Shown piece by piece: positions 63,195 through 64,000 of a stretch of 64,000 nt of DNA. The DNA is from Antedon mediterranea (lineage: Eukaryota > Animalia > Echinodermata), in assembly GCF_964355755.1 (NCBI RefSeq), contig NC_092677.1, positions 4,238,101 to 4,302,100 of the forward strand, written 5' to 3'. Both the position numbers and the translations under genes were made by a program. Within the stretch, counting starts at the first letter, position 1. Each line of letters opens with the position of its first letter. Below the pieces are notes generated by a model. That model was not told the origin of the DNA. It searched no databases and saw only the letters and a program-made list of their open reading frames with translations.

Positions 63195-63892
63195 AACAGG
63201 ATGGGTATGACATAAATGACCTCTACGACAACCTCTTCTTTAAAAAAACTAGAACTGTAGAAAGAAATTATTATTGAGTCAGATTTGACCAACTGCCAAA
63301 ACCAGGATGGATACTGCATAAATGACCTCTCTGGCCACCTCTTCTTTAAACTGGTACCACTCTCTTTGTTAGAAGAAATTATCAGGTTTGACCAACAGAC
63401 AGCCACACCCAGATTGGATACTGCATAAATGACCTCTACGGCTACCTATTCTTTCAAAAACTGGTACCACTCTCTCTGTTGGCAGAAATAATTCAGTTAG
63501 ATTTGACCAACCGCCACACCCAGGATGGATACTGCATAATGACCTCTACGGCCACATCTTCTTTAAATGGTACCACTCGCTCTATTGGAAGAAATTATTG
63601 AGCCAGATTTGACCAACTGCCACACCCAGGATGGATATTGCATAAATGACCTCTACGACCACCTCTTGTTTAAACTGGTACCACTCTCTCTATTGGAAGA
63701 AATTATTGAGTCAGATGTTGATCACTTGACCTTTTATAATTATTGACATTTACGACCACTCCTTGTGTACCACTCTTGTCAATAATTATTGTGAACCAGA
63801 TTTAGACCATTTGCCGCACCCAGGTTGGATACCACTTGAATTAATTACATCCACAACCACACCCTGTTTAAACTGGTACCACTCTCTCTGTA
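63195..63892 (-). repeat. Degenerate ~107-bp tandem array derived from the end of the right-edge ORF
   Basis: CAGGATGG-type anchors at 63197, 63303, 63410, 63521 and 63627, a decayed copy at ~63705-63785, and the ORF copy at 63821. Confidence 0.9.
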
Positions 63893-63994
63893 ACTCTTGC
63901 TCAATGTATTCTGTGTAAATCTCATCTTTTGACAAGTTTCCGAATGTCTTTTTATTCGTCTGTAGTAGCAATGACCGTGTTGTTTCATCCAATT
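63786..63994 (-). CDS. Probable terminal coding exon of an unidentified gene extending beyond the window
   Basis: TTTCAG acceptor on - at 64000-63995, then an open frame LDETTRSLLLQ..LQREWYQFKQGVVVDVINSSGIQPGCGKWSKSGSQ*. Protein-like composition; family not recognised. Confidence 0.55.
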
Positions 63995-64000
63995 CTGAAA

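Overview
AT-rich, intron-containing animal genomic DNA, not prokaryotic. A DeuSINE/Nin-type SINE and abundant TAGGCCTA suggest a marine invertebrate, plausibly an echinoderm (inference). Gene models were built by hand from GT-AG sites and exon phase. (1) A 5'-incomplete CAP/SCP + EGF-like + ShKT gene on + (2059-12991) that has lost the canonical CAP histidines. (2) A 6-exon purine nucleoside phosphorylase on - (17317-29737). (3) Five head-to-tail class A GPCRs with single-exon ORFs on - (33.5-55.0 kb), two of them from a recent ~4.2-kb tandem duplication. (4) A 6-exon USB1 on + (56282-59662). (5) The probable last exon of an unidentified - strand gene at the right edge. Introns and intergenic DNA carry Harbinger-, Kolobok- and hAT-type MITEs, Helentron/HINE-like elements, SINEs, an L1/Tx1 fragment and long GA tracts. 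The most unusual structure is in the two duplicated GPCRs. In each, the final ~15 codons plus the stop are re-copied as an 80-bp tandem array. Each unit reads TACTAAC branch point, pyrimidine tract, CAG, C-terminal peptide, stop, which resembles a bank of alternative terminal mini-exons. A third, unrelated gene shows a similar stop-containing array. No function is demonstrated for any of these arrays.
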